DNA of 61,942 nucleotides, filler included, from Sluysia triapertura (lineage: Eukaryota): assembly GCA_046118255.1 (NCBI GenBank). It is 5 parts of 5 records of this genome, joined end to end, with 100 filler letters (N's around TTAATTAATTAA, not from the genome) between each part and the next. Parts side by side here need not be neighbours in the genome. Positions count along the whole stretch, not along the records: positions 1 to 12,497 come from JBJNIA010103655.1; positions 12,598 to 24,281 come from JBJNIA010180140.1; 3 more parts are not named here. The stretch is one strand, 5' to 3'. Positions within the stretch are counted from its first letter, which is position 1; every line of letters begins with the position of its first letter. The position numbers and the translations under genes were made by a program. Positions 1-12,879 of the stretch are shown here, in pieces. The notes beneath the pieces were generated by a model. It was not told the origin of the DNA and did not search any database. It was given only the letters and a program-made list of their open reading frames with translations.

Positions 1-2499
1 AATTGTATTTCAATTTTAGAAAATTGAGTATTAATGCTCGCACACTGTTTAGTTTATAAATGCAACAATCAGGTAAGATATAACAAGTATGTTATAAAGA
101 AAAATTAGAGCGACTATTAATATCCGCTACAGAATAATTTTCTATATGGGTAAAACTAGTAATAATCGTGTTATTACATTAATATTTGTGACATAAAAGT
201 AATAAACACTAACTTTTCTCGAGAAGACACAAGAAGATATGTTATAGGAATTCAATGTCCATATTCTATCAAGCTCGATATTGTCCATATCAACGTTTTC
301 GAGAATTAAACCGTAAAAATATTCCAACTTAATAGGCAAATTTAACATAGTGTAACGTATGTTTAGCTACTAGAAATCGTAGCATCAAAAAATACATATT
401 TTCAATAAATATTCAGATTTTTGATGAAACAAATCAAAGTAAAGGCTGCAAAATGTATCACCAAATCAATAGCTTCACATCGATTACCTCAATCATACAT
501 ATCATACTTTGATTGAAGTAATTATCTAAATGCATGCTTAAATATTTTTCCACAGAACTGCGTGGCTAGTAGTCTCAGTTTACATACCCAATAAGTTAAT
601 TTCATGGAGTCTAACATTAAGCCATATAAATCATTTTATTTTTGAATTATTATTATTATTATTATTATTATATTAACATAACTTTTATTAAATTAAATTA
701 TTTATATTAATTCTTAAATCATTTAAGAATTATCTTGTTTCAAGTTTAATAACACTGAAGTTAGATATACAAGTAAATTTAAGTATACATTAACAATTCG
801 TGATTATATATACAGACTATTAGTTAATAGTTTTATGTATATTTTCAAATAATCATCGGAAATACAAGTTGTATACAAGATCTGATGTGCAGTTTCCATC
901 ATTTTGTATAAGTGATAAAATTTTCTACATAATTCAAGTGATTAACTATATAAAATAAAATTCTTAATTTCCTCTAATTTAGTAAATAATTATGGTTTAT
1001 TATCTGAAGTAGTTAATTATTTATTTTTTATTTCTACATTTAGCACATACGGTTTGAATTTACGAATACAGGAAAATTGTTAAACCCTGGTTTCATAAAG
1101 TAAATTTAGATTAGTAATAATAAAATTTCGTATAATATATATTATTAATTTTACTTAAAATATATGAATATGTGATAATTATATAGTAATAATTATCATT
1201 TATATCATTTATTCTAAAAATAAATGTGAATCTTTAAAATGTTAATCTACGTTTGGCTTTTGTTTAACTTTGTATTTTATTCGATTTTTAAAATTAATAA
1301 TAATAATACAATAATAATAATAATATTATTATTATCATCAAAAAGCCTTACACATATCAATAGATGATATTACAAATGTAAAAAGATTTTGAAGAAGCAT
1401 CTAAACATAAATTTTTTTAAGAAATAGATTTATTAATTAAAACTAAATAATGTAATAACATAGGTGTAATTTATTAACCTAAGTAATATTTCTTATTAAA
1501 TAGAACAGAAAAGTCATCTATAATCGACATTTATGCAAAATAAATATAAAAGTTAAATAATAACTAATCAAGTAAAATCAATGGATTTGCAATTATTTCA
1601 GTAATAATTACATTTTTTGGTTGTAAAATCCTTAATTTTAATTTTTTCTTGTTATTATCGATTATGCATTTGTTAGCATTACAATAAAATGTCTGTGTGG
1701 GTTTATTACTTAAAACATAAGTTGTAATGCAAGCTTTTTAAACTTTTCCTTTTCTCTTAAAATTATTCTAGTTTAAATATATATTGAAAATTTCACAAAA
1801 CTTTGATTAATGCAAAGTAGTCACTAGAAAAGCAGAAAATTTGTCTTTATTTCTTACAAAGTTTTTTAAAGGCATATGTTATATTACACCCATAGATGCT
1901 CAAAATATTGTCAGTGTATTTAAGAGATTAAACCATAATATAAAAGGTCTATATCTGAAAAATCGTCTTTGATGTAGAGGTGGAAATGTAAATAAAATTT
2001 AAAGTCTCTTTCAAAGTTTCACAATAAAATCAAGAGTCTAACTAACTACGGTTCATTTAATGAAAAATAAAAATTTTATAAAATAACACTTACAACTGAT
2101 CTTACAAAACTTTATTTTATATGACATTTTGCTTTGCTATGGTTTTTATAATCTTAACTTACGGCAAAATATTTTTTATCACGGTCCAGTTATAATGTGT
2201 AGTGGACGTTCTTGTAACTTAATAAGTTAATAAATACTTTAGTCTTAATTGTAAAACTTCAAAGCTGCTAATCAATTTGATGCTTATTAAATACCTAAAG
2301 TACTTTTTAAACTAGTTTTATGAACAGTTTGGAGGGTTTATAATTATTATTTGATTTAATTAACTTATCATTATAATTTAAATTAGTTAAGAAAATTAAA
2401 ATCTTGACCATTAATGAACAAATAAACATACCAAGCTTAAGGCCTTTTAAAATCACATAAACTTTAACAATTGAGAACACAACGTAATTTGTCAATTTT

Positions 2500-2955
2500 C
2501 TATTAAAAAATAAACAGAAAATTAATACAACTAATGTCATAAATATAAAAAATGATTTTTCATAGTACCACATCTGTAGAGTTATCAATATCTTTTACTA
2601 ATATAAAAATTTGTTACATCACAATATTTAAAGCTACATTTTCTAGTGTAACTACGACGAATATATTTCATAATAAACTCAGTTCTATCGAGCATTATTT
2701 ATGATTTAAACGTAGCAAAAACGGTATAACATTTTCCGTCATTTGCTTCACCACTTCGTACAGACGATGTTTGATTAATATTATGACAGTAACTTTGATA
2801 TGCATAATTCTATTTATGAGCTATCAATTTTGACGAACATTTATTGGCTGACCAACATGTACTGCTGCAATCATAACATCTTTGATAGGAATAATTAACA
2901 AAAACCAAAATTAATAAAATAAGGAAAAAACGATCAACTCCAACAGAACATTTTA
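2500..2955 (-). pseudogene. Decayed secreted cysteine-rich protein, Ly6/uPAR (three-finger)-like architecture
   Basis: Manual translation: hydrophobic FFLILLILVFVNYS, then QRCYDCSSTCWSANKC...YCHN...GKCYTVF...RKCSFKYCDVTNF; a frameshifted hydrophobic tail SFFIFMTLVVLIFCLFF resembles a GPI signal. Internal TAG/TAA stops. Confidence 0.45.
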
Positions 2956-3745
2956 AAACGTATTTATTTTTCATTATCATAATCGATTTTTTGTAATTGT
3001 CTCTTAGGCAATTAATTATTATTAATTTTATTTACAATTTCAGGGCTGGCATCGATGGAAACTGCAGTAATACTCGTGGTAGTAGTAATTAGAATAGTAG
3101 TAGTTGTAGTTGTGGTAGAAATAATAACAATTATATATTTTTAAATAAATTTTAGATACTGATTATTTTAAGCATTATTTCTATTTATTATTTTTCATAA
3201 AAATTTTAGAAAATGTGAGATAGATATATTTATAAATATTCTACTTTATATCTTTTGTATATTCCATTCAAGATTCCATTTTCGAAATAAAGGAAAGCCA
3301 TTAATTTTTTGTATTTTAAATTTTGTTTAATTTATTATACTTAAATTTCAGTGAAATATAATTCAAAAATTATTTATACAAAATAATAATTGACAGTTTG
3401 TAAAAGTTGAATTATGTTTACAATTAAATTTTCATGACAGCCATTAGATTTGTTTCTTCTTTTTGTTAGCAGAGGGCATTTAATAGAAACTATTAAGGGA
3501 TTATTAAAATGTTTTCCAGTATTAAATTTCTTGAGCTAAGGCTCAGTTCAATTTACCTTTATTGAAAATGAACATTTTAAAATCAGTTTTATTATGAAAG
3601 CTCTTACGCAAACTCAGTTTAAGGCCATGTGCCTTAATTGAAAACATGCAATACTTGTTATTGTTATGGACACAAAATCAAAATTTATATAAAAATATAA
3701 ATACCAAAAGATCGTATGCGATTATAAAACAAATGAATTATAAAC

Positions 3746-5330
3746 TTAAATTGTCTGAACTATCTTCTCTTCATCCCAAGTTATGTGAAATACAATAGCT
3801 TCATTAATTAGTTTCTGTATTTTCTCATTTCTATCGCTGAAATTCTCTGAAACTTTCAAACTTCCATTAATAACAGTTTCTTGACTAATGCAGCATAGTG
3901 TATTATTAAAAGTGGTGTGTTGTGATTTGATGTAATTTGAAATCATTAATTTGAAATTTAACTTTATAATATTTATCTTATTCTCCTTAAAAAAACTCCA
4001 TAGGTTCATTAAATTTCTATTTTTTAAACTTGTATGATAAAGAAAGCTTTTAAAGCCGTAAGTAATAATGATCATGAAGATTTATTTGCAAAATTTTTTA
4101 AATTTACAAGTTTAATTCTGTACATGCCGTTCGTCGAATTCCACATTTCGCCATTTAAATAAAAATCAAAGATTATAGTATCATTGATGAAAGGATAAAA
4201 ATTATTTACTTTATGTTCGTCCATACAAAAAATGTTATTCGATGAATTTTTAGTTGGTAATCCAAGTCTATAGAGAATATTTTCGAGTCTTGAGAAATGA
4301 TCAGCGTAGGATATATCTTCAGTATTAAAATTTGCTAATTGGTTTACCGTGTGGGCATATTGATAATGGATCCCAGACTTCACTGTTAAATGGGCATAAC
4401 GTCGTTTTGATAAGTTGACTCGAATTTGATGTGCCATTAGTGTTAGTACACTCTGTATTCTCTACGTTTTCTTTTACAAAAGAAAGGCATTCAATTGGCT
4501 TGTGGAAGTTATTAAAAATAGTACGAGAATTACTTTCTGACTGCATGCTGACTTGGAAATTATCATATAAACAGCTAGCATAATTCTTAACATTCTCTTT
4601 ACTTCCTAAGCTATCACAATTCTGTGAAATTGTTTGGTAATAATTCGCATAGCTTAGTGATTTATATTCTACAGTATAATCGTTTATATTCATCATAATG
4701 TTCACTAAAACTTGAAATGACATTTGCATATTTTGAGATAAAATGTCATCATCATTACTAATAATAATAGATTCTGTATTCATAGATTCATCATCGACAT
4801 TAAGATTTTCGAACGAATTAACGTAGATATTGTTAATTATTTGATACTGTATCTAAGCCAGATAATTTTAAGGCATCTGAATTAACCCGTGTATTTAATA
4901 AAGGTGATCTTGTATCTAGTTTGAAATGTAAATCTTTAATCGACTTAAGCAATGCGCAAAATGTTTCAACCATTTCAAGATCTCTTGAAATAAATTCTTA
5001 GAATAAAAATGATTCAAAAATTTCGTGTCAAGTTACGGATCCGTATTCTACTGTTACCAACATTTGTAAAAGTATTATTATTATCATGCAAGTATTCTAA
5101 AGAATTTTTTAGGACTATTACTTTTATAACTGCCCAAAATTCGTATTCAAAAGCCAGCTTAGATTAATTTAGCTTTAGAAAAATATTAGATGTATATCTA
5201 AGTTGTTGATGAATAAATATTGCTTCCATGGCAAAACATAAATTAAATGAATAAATACAACCCGATATTTCAGTCATTTAAATTAACTTTTAACGTTAAC
5301 CTTTTTAAATTATCAACAAAATGAAACTGC
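3746..5330 (-). mobile_element. Decayed multi-ORF region, probable 5' part of a retroelement, downstream of double-hairpin leader B
   Basis: Three overlapping minus-strand ORFs (4325-4783, 4072-4437, 3746-4075) look like one frameshifted reading frame with no introns evident; preceded by the same hairpin pair as the 12.6-15.1 kb element. No diagnostic domain recognised. Confidence 0.35.
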
Positions 5331-5464
5331 CTTTTTATTTACGTCTAGTGTAATTTATTGATTTTTTTGAGGTACTATTAAATTGATTTTTAACTTATCT
5401 TTTTGTGAAGATTTTTATAAATGCTATTTGTGCAAGCAATTGTAATTCTTCACTTTGTCTGGAT

Positions 5465-5621
5465 TGGCTGTCCAACCAGAGATATATAAAAATAATGATG
5501 AGATTCACTCTGGTTGGACAACCAGTAATAATACAAGCTATTTCAGTGTAGTACAGTCAACCACTATCAGTGGTGACAGGAATTCTCAGATGACAACTAA
5601 ACAATGTCACCATTGATAGTG
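5465..5621 (-). other. Double inverted-repeat (two-hairpin) leader, copy B
   Basis: TGGCTGTCCAACCAGAG (5465-5481)/CTCTGGTTGGACAACCA (5508-5524), 16/17 complementary; CACTATCAGTGGTGACA (5562-5578)/TGTCACCATTGATAGTG (5605-5621), 16/17 complementary. Confidence 0.8.
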
Positions 5622-6069
5622 ACAATCATTGATTGAGTAACGAATTTGAATTAATTAAAAATGGTAAAATTAAAGATAATAATAATAGTATTATTATTAT
5701 TATTTTTTATTATAAATCACATAAATTATTTTTATAATTACAAGATCTTACTTTTAATTCTTGTATTTCTAGACATATTACAAGTTAAAGATAATGAAAA
5801 TTAAAAATGATAATAATAATAATAACAACAATGTACTCTTAAATATTTCTTACACATTTGAATTAATTGTGTAATTATTCACATTTAAATAATTGTGAAT
5901 TTGTGATGTTATGGATTAATGTTACGCATTTTAGATAAAGTTTTGATAAAGTTTAATAGTGACACTACTGTTATAAGATAATGCGTAAAACATTTTAGTG
6001 TAATTTTAAATTCTATTTGATTTGTGACTTATAAATGCATTAAACAGAAGTGTAGTTTAGCGCATGAAA

Positions 6070-6630
6070 AAGATATAAATTGTGACCCGTGGTTTAGTAC
6101 TTTGTAAGAAGTAAATGTGTGATGTGAAAAAAGATATGATTATGGTTATGTTAGTATAAGACTAAGTGAAAAAGAAAATGTTTGAATTGATTTGAATGTG
6201 GTCTACTAGTTAATTTCGGATGTGGTTGTAATTGAATTATTATGAAATGAATAATAAAATATTTTAGATGAATTTTTTAATGTAAATTGATGGCTTTGAA
6301 TATCATTGTGTTTTGAGTGTTACAAGATTATGGATTTAATGATAAATGGAAATTGATTTTAGTGGATCTGATAAGGATAAAATGTAGAAACGATTTTGAC
6401 AACTTCTAAAAAGTTGTTGTGTAGTGTTAAGAAATGTAATTTTGATATTGTAAAGTTATGAAATAGGATTGTTTTGATTAGGTTAAAATAATGTTTTAGT
6501 GAATGTAAAGAAGATAAAATATGAGATAAAATTCTCAAAGTGATAGGTTGACCACTACATTAGGAAACATTTAATTCGTGAATAGTAAAGATAGACTAAT
6601 TTGAAGGACTATAGGAATTGTCAGTTTATA
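6070..6630 (+). mobile_element. Highly decayed LINE (CR1/L2-like) ORF2 remnant
   Basis: Broken motifs in the expected order: DPWFS; EDKI*DKILK (cf. GPD.I...ILK); NLKDYR (cf. NYRPISL). Confidence 0.4.
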
Positions 6631-9221
6631 AATTTTTAATAATAATAATAATAACAAAATGACAAATAATTAGCATAAAATAAATATAATAATTAATAGT
6701 AATTATATTAATAAAAAGAGCTAACTTCAAAATACAACAGTGCCTAAATAAAATAGTACCTAAATGGTTTGACGCCAGTTTTGAAATAAAAATAAATAAA
6801 AACGTTTAAACTCAAAATTATACAATTTTTTATTTATTTATCAAAAACTTTCAATTATCATTAGATCAAATTGTCCTAAGAAACATAATGAATTCATGTG
6901 ACGGGAAAATAAACCGAATAATTTAATCCAATTCTCACGAGAGTCACATTTTGAGGCGATATATCCAAGTGCTGATTTCAGAAAATCGAATTGCGTCATA
7001 ATATCGTAAGTTTGTAATTTTTAAGTTTGCCTCGATTAAATTAAAAATACACCAGGTCTATTTGTATAATTATTTCCTACTAAAATCCCAACTAAAATCC
7101 CAAAATATTCAAATATTAGACACTACATTGAATCAATATTTATTCGTTATTACTATTGTTACTCAAATAAATGTTTATTACCACATTGTGGATAATTTAT
7201 TTAATTGTTATTAAATTTAGAAACTTAAAGTATAAAATGAATTGTAATAATTTTCGAGTTACTATAGCAGCCAGTAGACTTAAAATGTTCAGAGAACAGG
7301 AAATTATCAGAGAAATAGATAAAATAATGATCATAAATATCGATTATATTTAGAAAAAAAAGAGTTATTTAGGAATACGTAAATAAAAATCAGAGTATAA
7401 GAATTTAAGTAAACATAAAAGGATTACCACATTATTAAACAATTGAGTATCTAAAAGTTATACTATAATTATGCAGCTTTATTCTACATTCATAAATATA
7501 TTTAAGTTAATTAATTTCGATGACAAAAGGGATATTTTAGTAAAGACATTGTTTTATACAGGGAACTCTCAGTACTTTTTAGATGTAAATTGTACGTAGA
7601 ACTATTAGAAAAACAAGAAAAAAATCCTACAGGGGTTCCTACCATAAGGTTATTAGTCATCTATCTTGATCAAACCGTCTTTCTTAATATTTTGCTCAGG
7701 TAACGTAATTATTAAAATTATTAAAAAAAACAAACGCAAAATTAAAAACGAAATGAATGAATAAACAAATATAATAGGAAAAAATTAACTAATATCGCGA
7801 AAATACATGTAGTAAAATCATTTAGATAATTTTAATTATATAAATTCACTTTCTAAAAATTATTATTGAATATTAGTCAGTATAATATCAATAGATTCTT
7901 CCCTAGTTGTTGAAAAGTAACTTTTATTAAAAGAAACATATCACTTATATTCATTTCAACGATATTACTACATTGAAGCGAAAACGAAATATCAGTTTTA
8001 ATAATTCGATCGATACAATTTTATTTCGTTGGTTTTTCATAATGTAACTATGATAATTAATTAAAATTTATGTAATAATTGTTTATATTTGTTTGTTTAT
8101 ATATATTTGTTTGTTTAAAGTTTTCAAAAATGCCTTCCATAGAGATTGATATAAAAGAGGTTACTAAAATAAATAAAATAAAAGGCATATAAAACTATTA
8201 CAATACTTTAACTTAACAATGTAATCAAAATTCAATAATAAACCTATAATAAATATGAAATCAACTTAAACTTATATCAATTTAAATGGAATCTTAAAAT
8301 CGCACATTTCTTATTTTAAAAATTCGAAATAATCAATTATCAAATCAAACTTAATAAATTTATATCAAATAAACAATTTAAATAAAATATATAAAATATA
8401 TAAATATAAAATAATATAAAAAACTCTTACCTTCTTAATGCAATTGGTCTTCAATTTTTTCTGTACTTTATATTTTGAATTTAATTATTTTTGGTCAAAA
8501 TGTGCTGAGTGATTTATAAATTCCACGAATGGTGGGTATACCTTCAGTACTAATATCGTACAATTGTATGGATTAGATTTGTGCATTACTGAAAATGCTT
8601 TTATATAAATTATATATTAAACACTTACATTCACAAATTCAATTAAAAATATTTTTTAATCCAAATAATTCAGTCTTTATAAAGAAAATTTGAATAAAAC
8701 GAAACACATGTAATAATATACAGATAAAAGGTTTAACAATGTTTATGTTAAATAGAAAAGAATGTGAAATATTTGTTTACAAATATCTATTTTACAATTA
8801 AATGTTTATTGGATTTACTTTGTATTATTATTAATTAAATTTAAGAGAGATTTTAGTCCTCATTAAATCGGACTGAAAGAATTAAAAAATTATTTTGAGT
8901 CGGATTTCAAAATTTATTTAAAATTAATAAATAATAAACTTAATAAATTTTAATAACTAAAATCGTTTTCAAAATTTAATATCTGCTCATGATTTAAAAT
9001 ATAGAAAATCAAGTTAACCAAATTAATAGTGTACTGATGATTAAAGAGTGTTTGTCGTCATGACTGAAAAGATTCGGCATTTATACTGGTTTTTATATTC
9101 GATCTAAAAAATAATAATTACTTACTAGGGAAAGTAAGTAATTTCTGAAATTTTTTAATGTAATTTTTTGAATATTAAAAATTATGTAAGGGTTGCGATG
9201 ACAAATCATAAGAGATACAAA

Positions 9222-9270
9222 AGATCTATTATTGAAAATGTCTGGGACTTAATGGATATTGTCAGACAGA
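9222..9270 (+). mobile_element. Tiny Tc1 transposase remnant
   Basis: DL-IENVWDLMDIVR resembles the Tc1 PDLNPIENVW motif. Confidence 0.4.
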
Positions 9271-10334
9271 ACGTAGTTAATTTTCTTTTAATTAATTCTT
9301 CGAGAGTACCAAATTATTGAATATGTTACTGTAATATGTTAGTGACATGGCTGCATTTCAGTATTGTCTTAGTGTTGCTTTGTCACTATGGTTATACTGT
9401 GGTTATTTAATTTTAATTATTTCTCAGTCATGTTATCTACAATATTAAATTATTGTGCCAATTTTCAAATTTGGCTATATTATTTGTTTTGTTATTATTT
9501 TTATTTTTAGATCTTATTATTATTACTTTATTTCTACTTCACTTATTATTTAATTATTTTTTTAATTAATTTATTTTTAAACTTATTCATTTACATATTT
9601 CAAATATCTAGGGAAAAGTGTGTGAAAGATAATATGTCATATGTGTAAATACTTTTTCAAAATTTATTAAATTTTATTTCTATTTACAATATCTAAAATA
9701 AAAAATTAAAGTACATTATATTTTTTATTAAATATTTCTTTGTCATATTACGAATGATAGATTTGATTTTATTTCTAGTTTAAACTTGCAGTCGATAATT
9801 AATTTGAGTTTAAATTTTTAAACTATTTTTTTCATCGTTAATTAATTATTTTATAAACCAAAATTAAGAAAAAAAAATTATACCTTTTAAATAAACTAAT
9901 ATTTGATAAGTAACATAACATAACATAACGAAACATTAAAAAATAAACAAATATACATTTTAAATTTCGAATAGTTTAGTATTAATATTGATTTTTTAAA
10001 GTTCATATTTTATAATACTTTATAAACGTATAAAATTAGACTTGGAAATGCTAGCTTGTCATCGAAACTCCTAAAATAATTTTTTTATGTAAAATTTTAT
10101 TATGTAAATATTAATTTTCGTAATTGTATTTTTAATACGTAAATTTAGGTAAAAAATTTATTAATATTAATTTTTGTAAATAAATTTTAGTAAATTTATT
10201 TAATTTAAATGGTAAAACTTATCTTTTTTTGAAAATATATTCTAACTAATTTAATTTACGAATTTATTATTTAGTTTTATTACAGATTTATTATTATTTT
10301 TATTGCGAATAAAAACGGTAAAGGTGAAATAAAA

Positions 10335-10580
10335 AACTATAATTATAACATAAAAATTACAGTATAAATAGCAAGATATTAACAGAATAACACAAAAGAC
10401 AACTTTGCTAGACAAGTTATTTTTGAAGACTGGAAATTATCTTCGGCGATGTAATTTACAAAATATTTTTATACGAGAAGTTATAAAGATTCATCTGGAG
10501 AATTTCGTTTTTAAGTGGAAATTCGTGGTTAATCATTTGAAACATACATTGGCACTCAGTTGGACGTTATTTCGGCTAAT
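10335..10580 (+). pseudogene. Possible decayed Rab/Ras-like small GTPase
   Basis: Across frameshifts: NYNIKITV, KTTLLDKLF (cf. GKTTLL), DSSGEFRF (cf. DTAGQERF), IRG, SFE, IGTQLD (cf. VGNKxD), in canonical order. Confidence 0.3.
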
Positions 10581-12497
10581 CATACAAATTATCTCTGACG
10601 ATTTTATTCGAATTTTGTGTAATGTCCACGAAACCATAAGTTGGTTTTGTGCTTCGATAATTAGCGTTAAAATCTACTTAAATTCATACTTCTTAATCAT
10701 TCAAACATTCACCTGGATCAATTTTAATCTAAAATGAGTAAGATAGTTCAGGTTAAATCATAAATTTTAATTTATTTTATATAGTCATTTATTTTTCAAT
10801 TTTTAGATATTCGTTAATATAACTTTGTTTTTTTCACTGTTATTTTTATAAACAAAATATATCTTAAGTTAACATAAGATAAGAAGAATTATGTACCAAT
10901 AATAAAAATTTGTAGATTGCAGAAGGATGAAGATAAATTTTTAAAGTGTTCGATTAAATAATATATAAAGATTTTTACAAAGTAATAGCTGTGAATATTG
11001 TGTACGAATTTCTAATAAGTAGTTAATTATTCGAAAAAATCGATATTAATTACTTAAACGCTATTAACGACCTTCATAATTAACATTATAAGAATTATTG
11101 TATAACAAAGTATAGGAAAACCTTTCGTAGAAAAATTTGACTAGAATCCTCTAATTGTGTCTTCGGCGAGATATGAATCACAAATTACAAGCAAATAATA
11201 ATTCTTATAATTGTTGTTAAAGAAAGAAAAAAATTGAACAATTGTGAAGAAAACCAGTTGAATAAATTACAATAATTTCCGTAAAAACCAAAGTTTTAAC
11301 ATATAATTGTATTAAGACCCTTCATTTAAGAAGCTACGTTATTAAGAGTAATTAAATTAATTTCAGAGAATTAATTGTAACATTTAAGTAAAGTTTTTAT
11401 ATTAAGATCTACTGATAAAATAAACATATATAAGCTAAAGCATATAAAGTAAATTGAAGCATGAGAAATTAAAACTTCACGTTATATGAATGCCCACTTT
11501 ACTGTAACCGAACCCTGCTAAAATTTTATTTAACTGCAGATTAAAAATAAATAAAATCAAAGCAAAAAATAAACAATCTACTTAATTTTATCTAATTTAT
11601 CAATAATTATTGACAAAATCATTTTTATTTTAAATTAAAATCAAATGAACATTTTTTAATATTATTTAAACTTAAAAATAGTATGTTCATATAATTAATA
11701 TCTGTATATAAGACAAAGGTATTGAAAATGGTATCAGAATGAAGATTTTAATTATCATTGTTTTATACTTTATATTGTTATTTTGCCGTATAATATTAAA
11801 AAGGATGTATTGCAGCTAAAGGAAGTGCTTAGCTATTACACTATAAATACCGTACATAATTATTAGAATTATAATATAATCATAAATCAAAAAATTAGCT
11901 AAACAAAAATGTTATTCGTGCAAACATGAATTCAACTTATATAAAGATATATAACATATATAAACTGTTAGAAATCTATTTTAATTATTCAGTTTACAAT
12001 TCATTGTTTGTCATATTTTCAAGTAAAATAAAAATAAGTTATAAATTAATATATTAATTAAAAAATAATATACATTTTTGCAAAATTATAAGTTAAATAA
12101 CTTGAAACATTAAAGATAAAATTTAATATAGTTAGAGTAACAAAACTATTTGAAAGTTAAACATGGCACTTTATTCTTTTGTTTACTTTCATACAACATC
12201 ATTAAAATGAGAAGAATATTATTTAAGAAAGTTGGAAAAATTCATTAAATGAAAGAACTTCTAAACATTTCGAAAAATTTTGATGAGATAAAAAGTAAAA
12301 GATCCATTTCAAATGAAAATATTAATTTACTGTAAAGTCCCGAGCATATGCTGCAGAGAACGTTTTTTTGGAAGTGTAGAAAATTTTAGCTGCACCATTT
12401 GCGTTGATGTTCTTGAAATGGAAGAAAATGAAATGAATGTGAACGAGTCTGATCCAAACATTGCAGTTTTTCATGACCTTGTAGAATTACTAGAAAA

Positions 12498-12597
12498 NNN
12501 NNNNNNNNNNNNNNNNNNNNNNNNNNNNNNNNNNNNNNNNNTTAATTAATTAANNNNNNNNNNNNNNNNNNNNNNNNNNNNNNNNNNNNNNNNNNNN
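12498..12597. other. Artificial contig linker 44N-TTAATTAATTAA-44N
   Basis: Identical 100-bp structure occurs four times; the 12-mer gives stop codons in all six frames. Confidence 0.97.
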
Positions 12598-12628
12598 TGT
12601 CATTAATTTTATTATTAACCTAGTATCT

Positions 12629-12777
12629 ACCACTATCAGTAGTTAATGTCTGTCAAAATAATCTAATTAATATAGTACTGATAGTGGTTAGTTTAGCAAC
12701 CACATTTGTGCAATAAAATTAATTTGCTTATCATCCAATCAGGACCTATTTTCCTCATTGAAGGCCTGATTTGATGA
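12629..12777 (+). other. Double inverted-repeat (two-hairpin) leader, copy A
   Basis: ACCACTATCAGTA (12629-12641)/TACTGATAGTGGT (12676-12688), perfect 13 bp; TCATCCAATCAGG (12731-12743)/CCTGATTTGATGA (12765-12777), 12/13. Confidence 0.8.
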
Positions 12778-12879
12778 CGAATTAAATCATAACACTAAAA
12801 ATAGAATGTTTTTCAAAAAACAAAAAGCACACTTTTTTGGCAGAATTAAAATAATTAAAAAACTAAAGATATCATTATA

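Noticed and set aside
8431-8588. Minus-strand exon bounded by ttttcag and gtaaga
   Set aside because: All three frames contain stops.
10400-10670. Stop-codon reassignment (TAA/TAG read as Gln)
   Set aside because: The same regions also contain TGA and frameshifts, and the intact MBOAT exons use no in-frame TAA/TAG; decay is the simpler explanation.
12313-12497. ORF truncated by the linker
   Set aside because: No recognisable motif, and its length is inflated by Ns.
12542-12553. Regularly recurring TTAATTAATTAA as a biological repeat or array
   Set aside because: Always centred in 44N flanks; synthetic linker.
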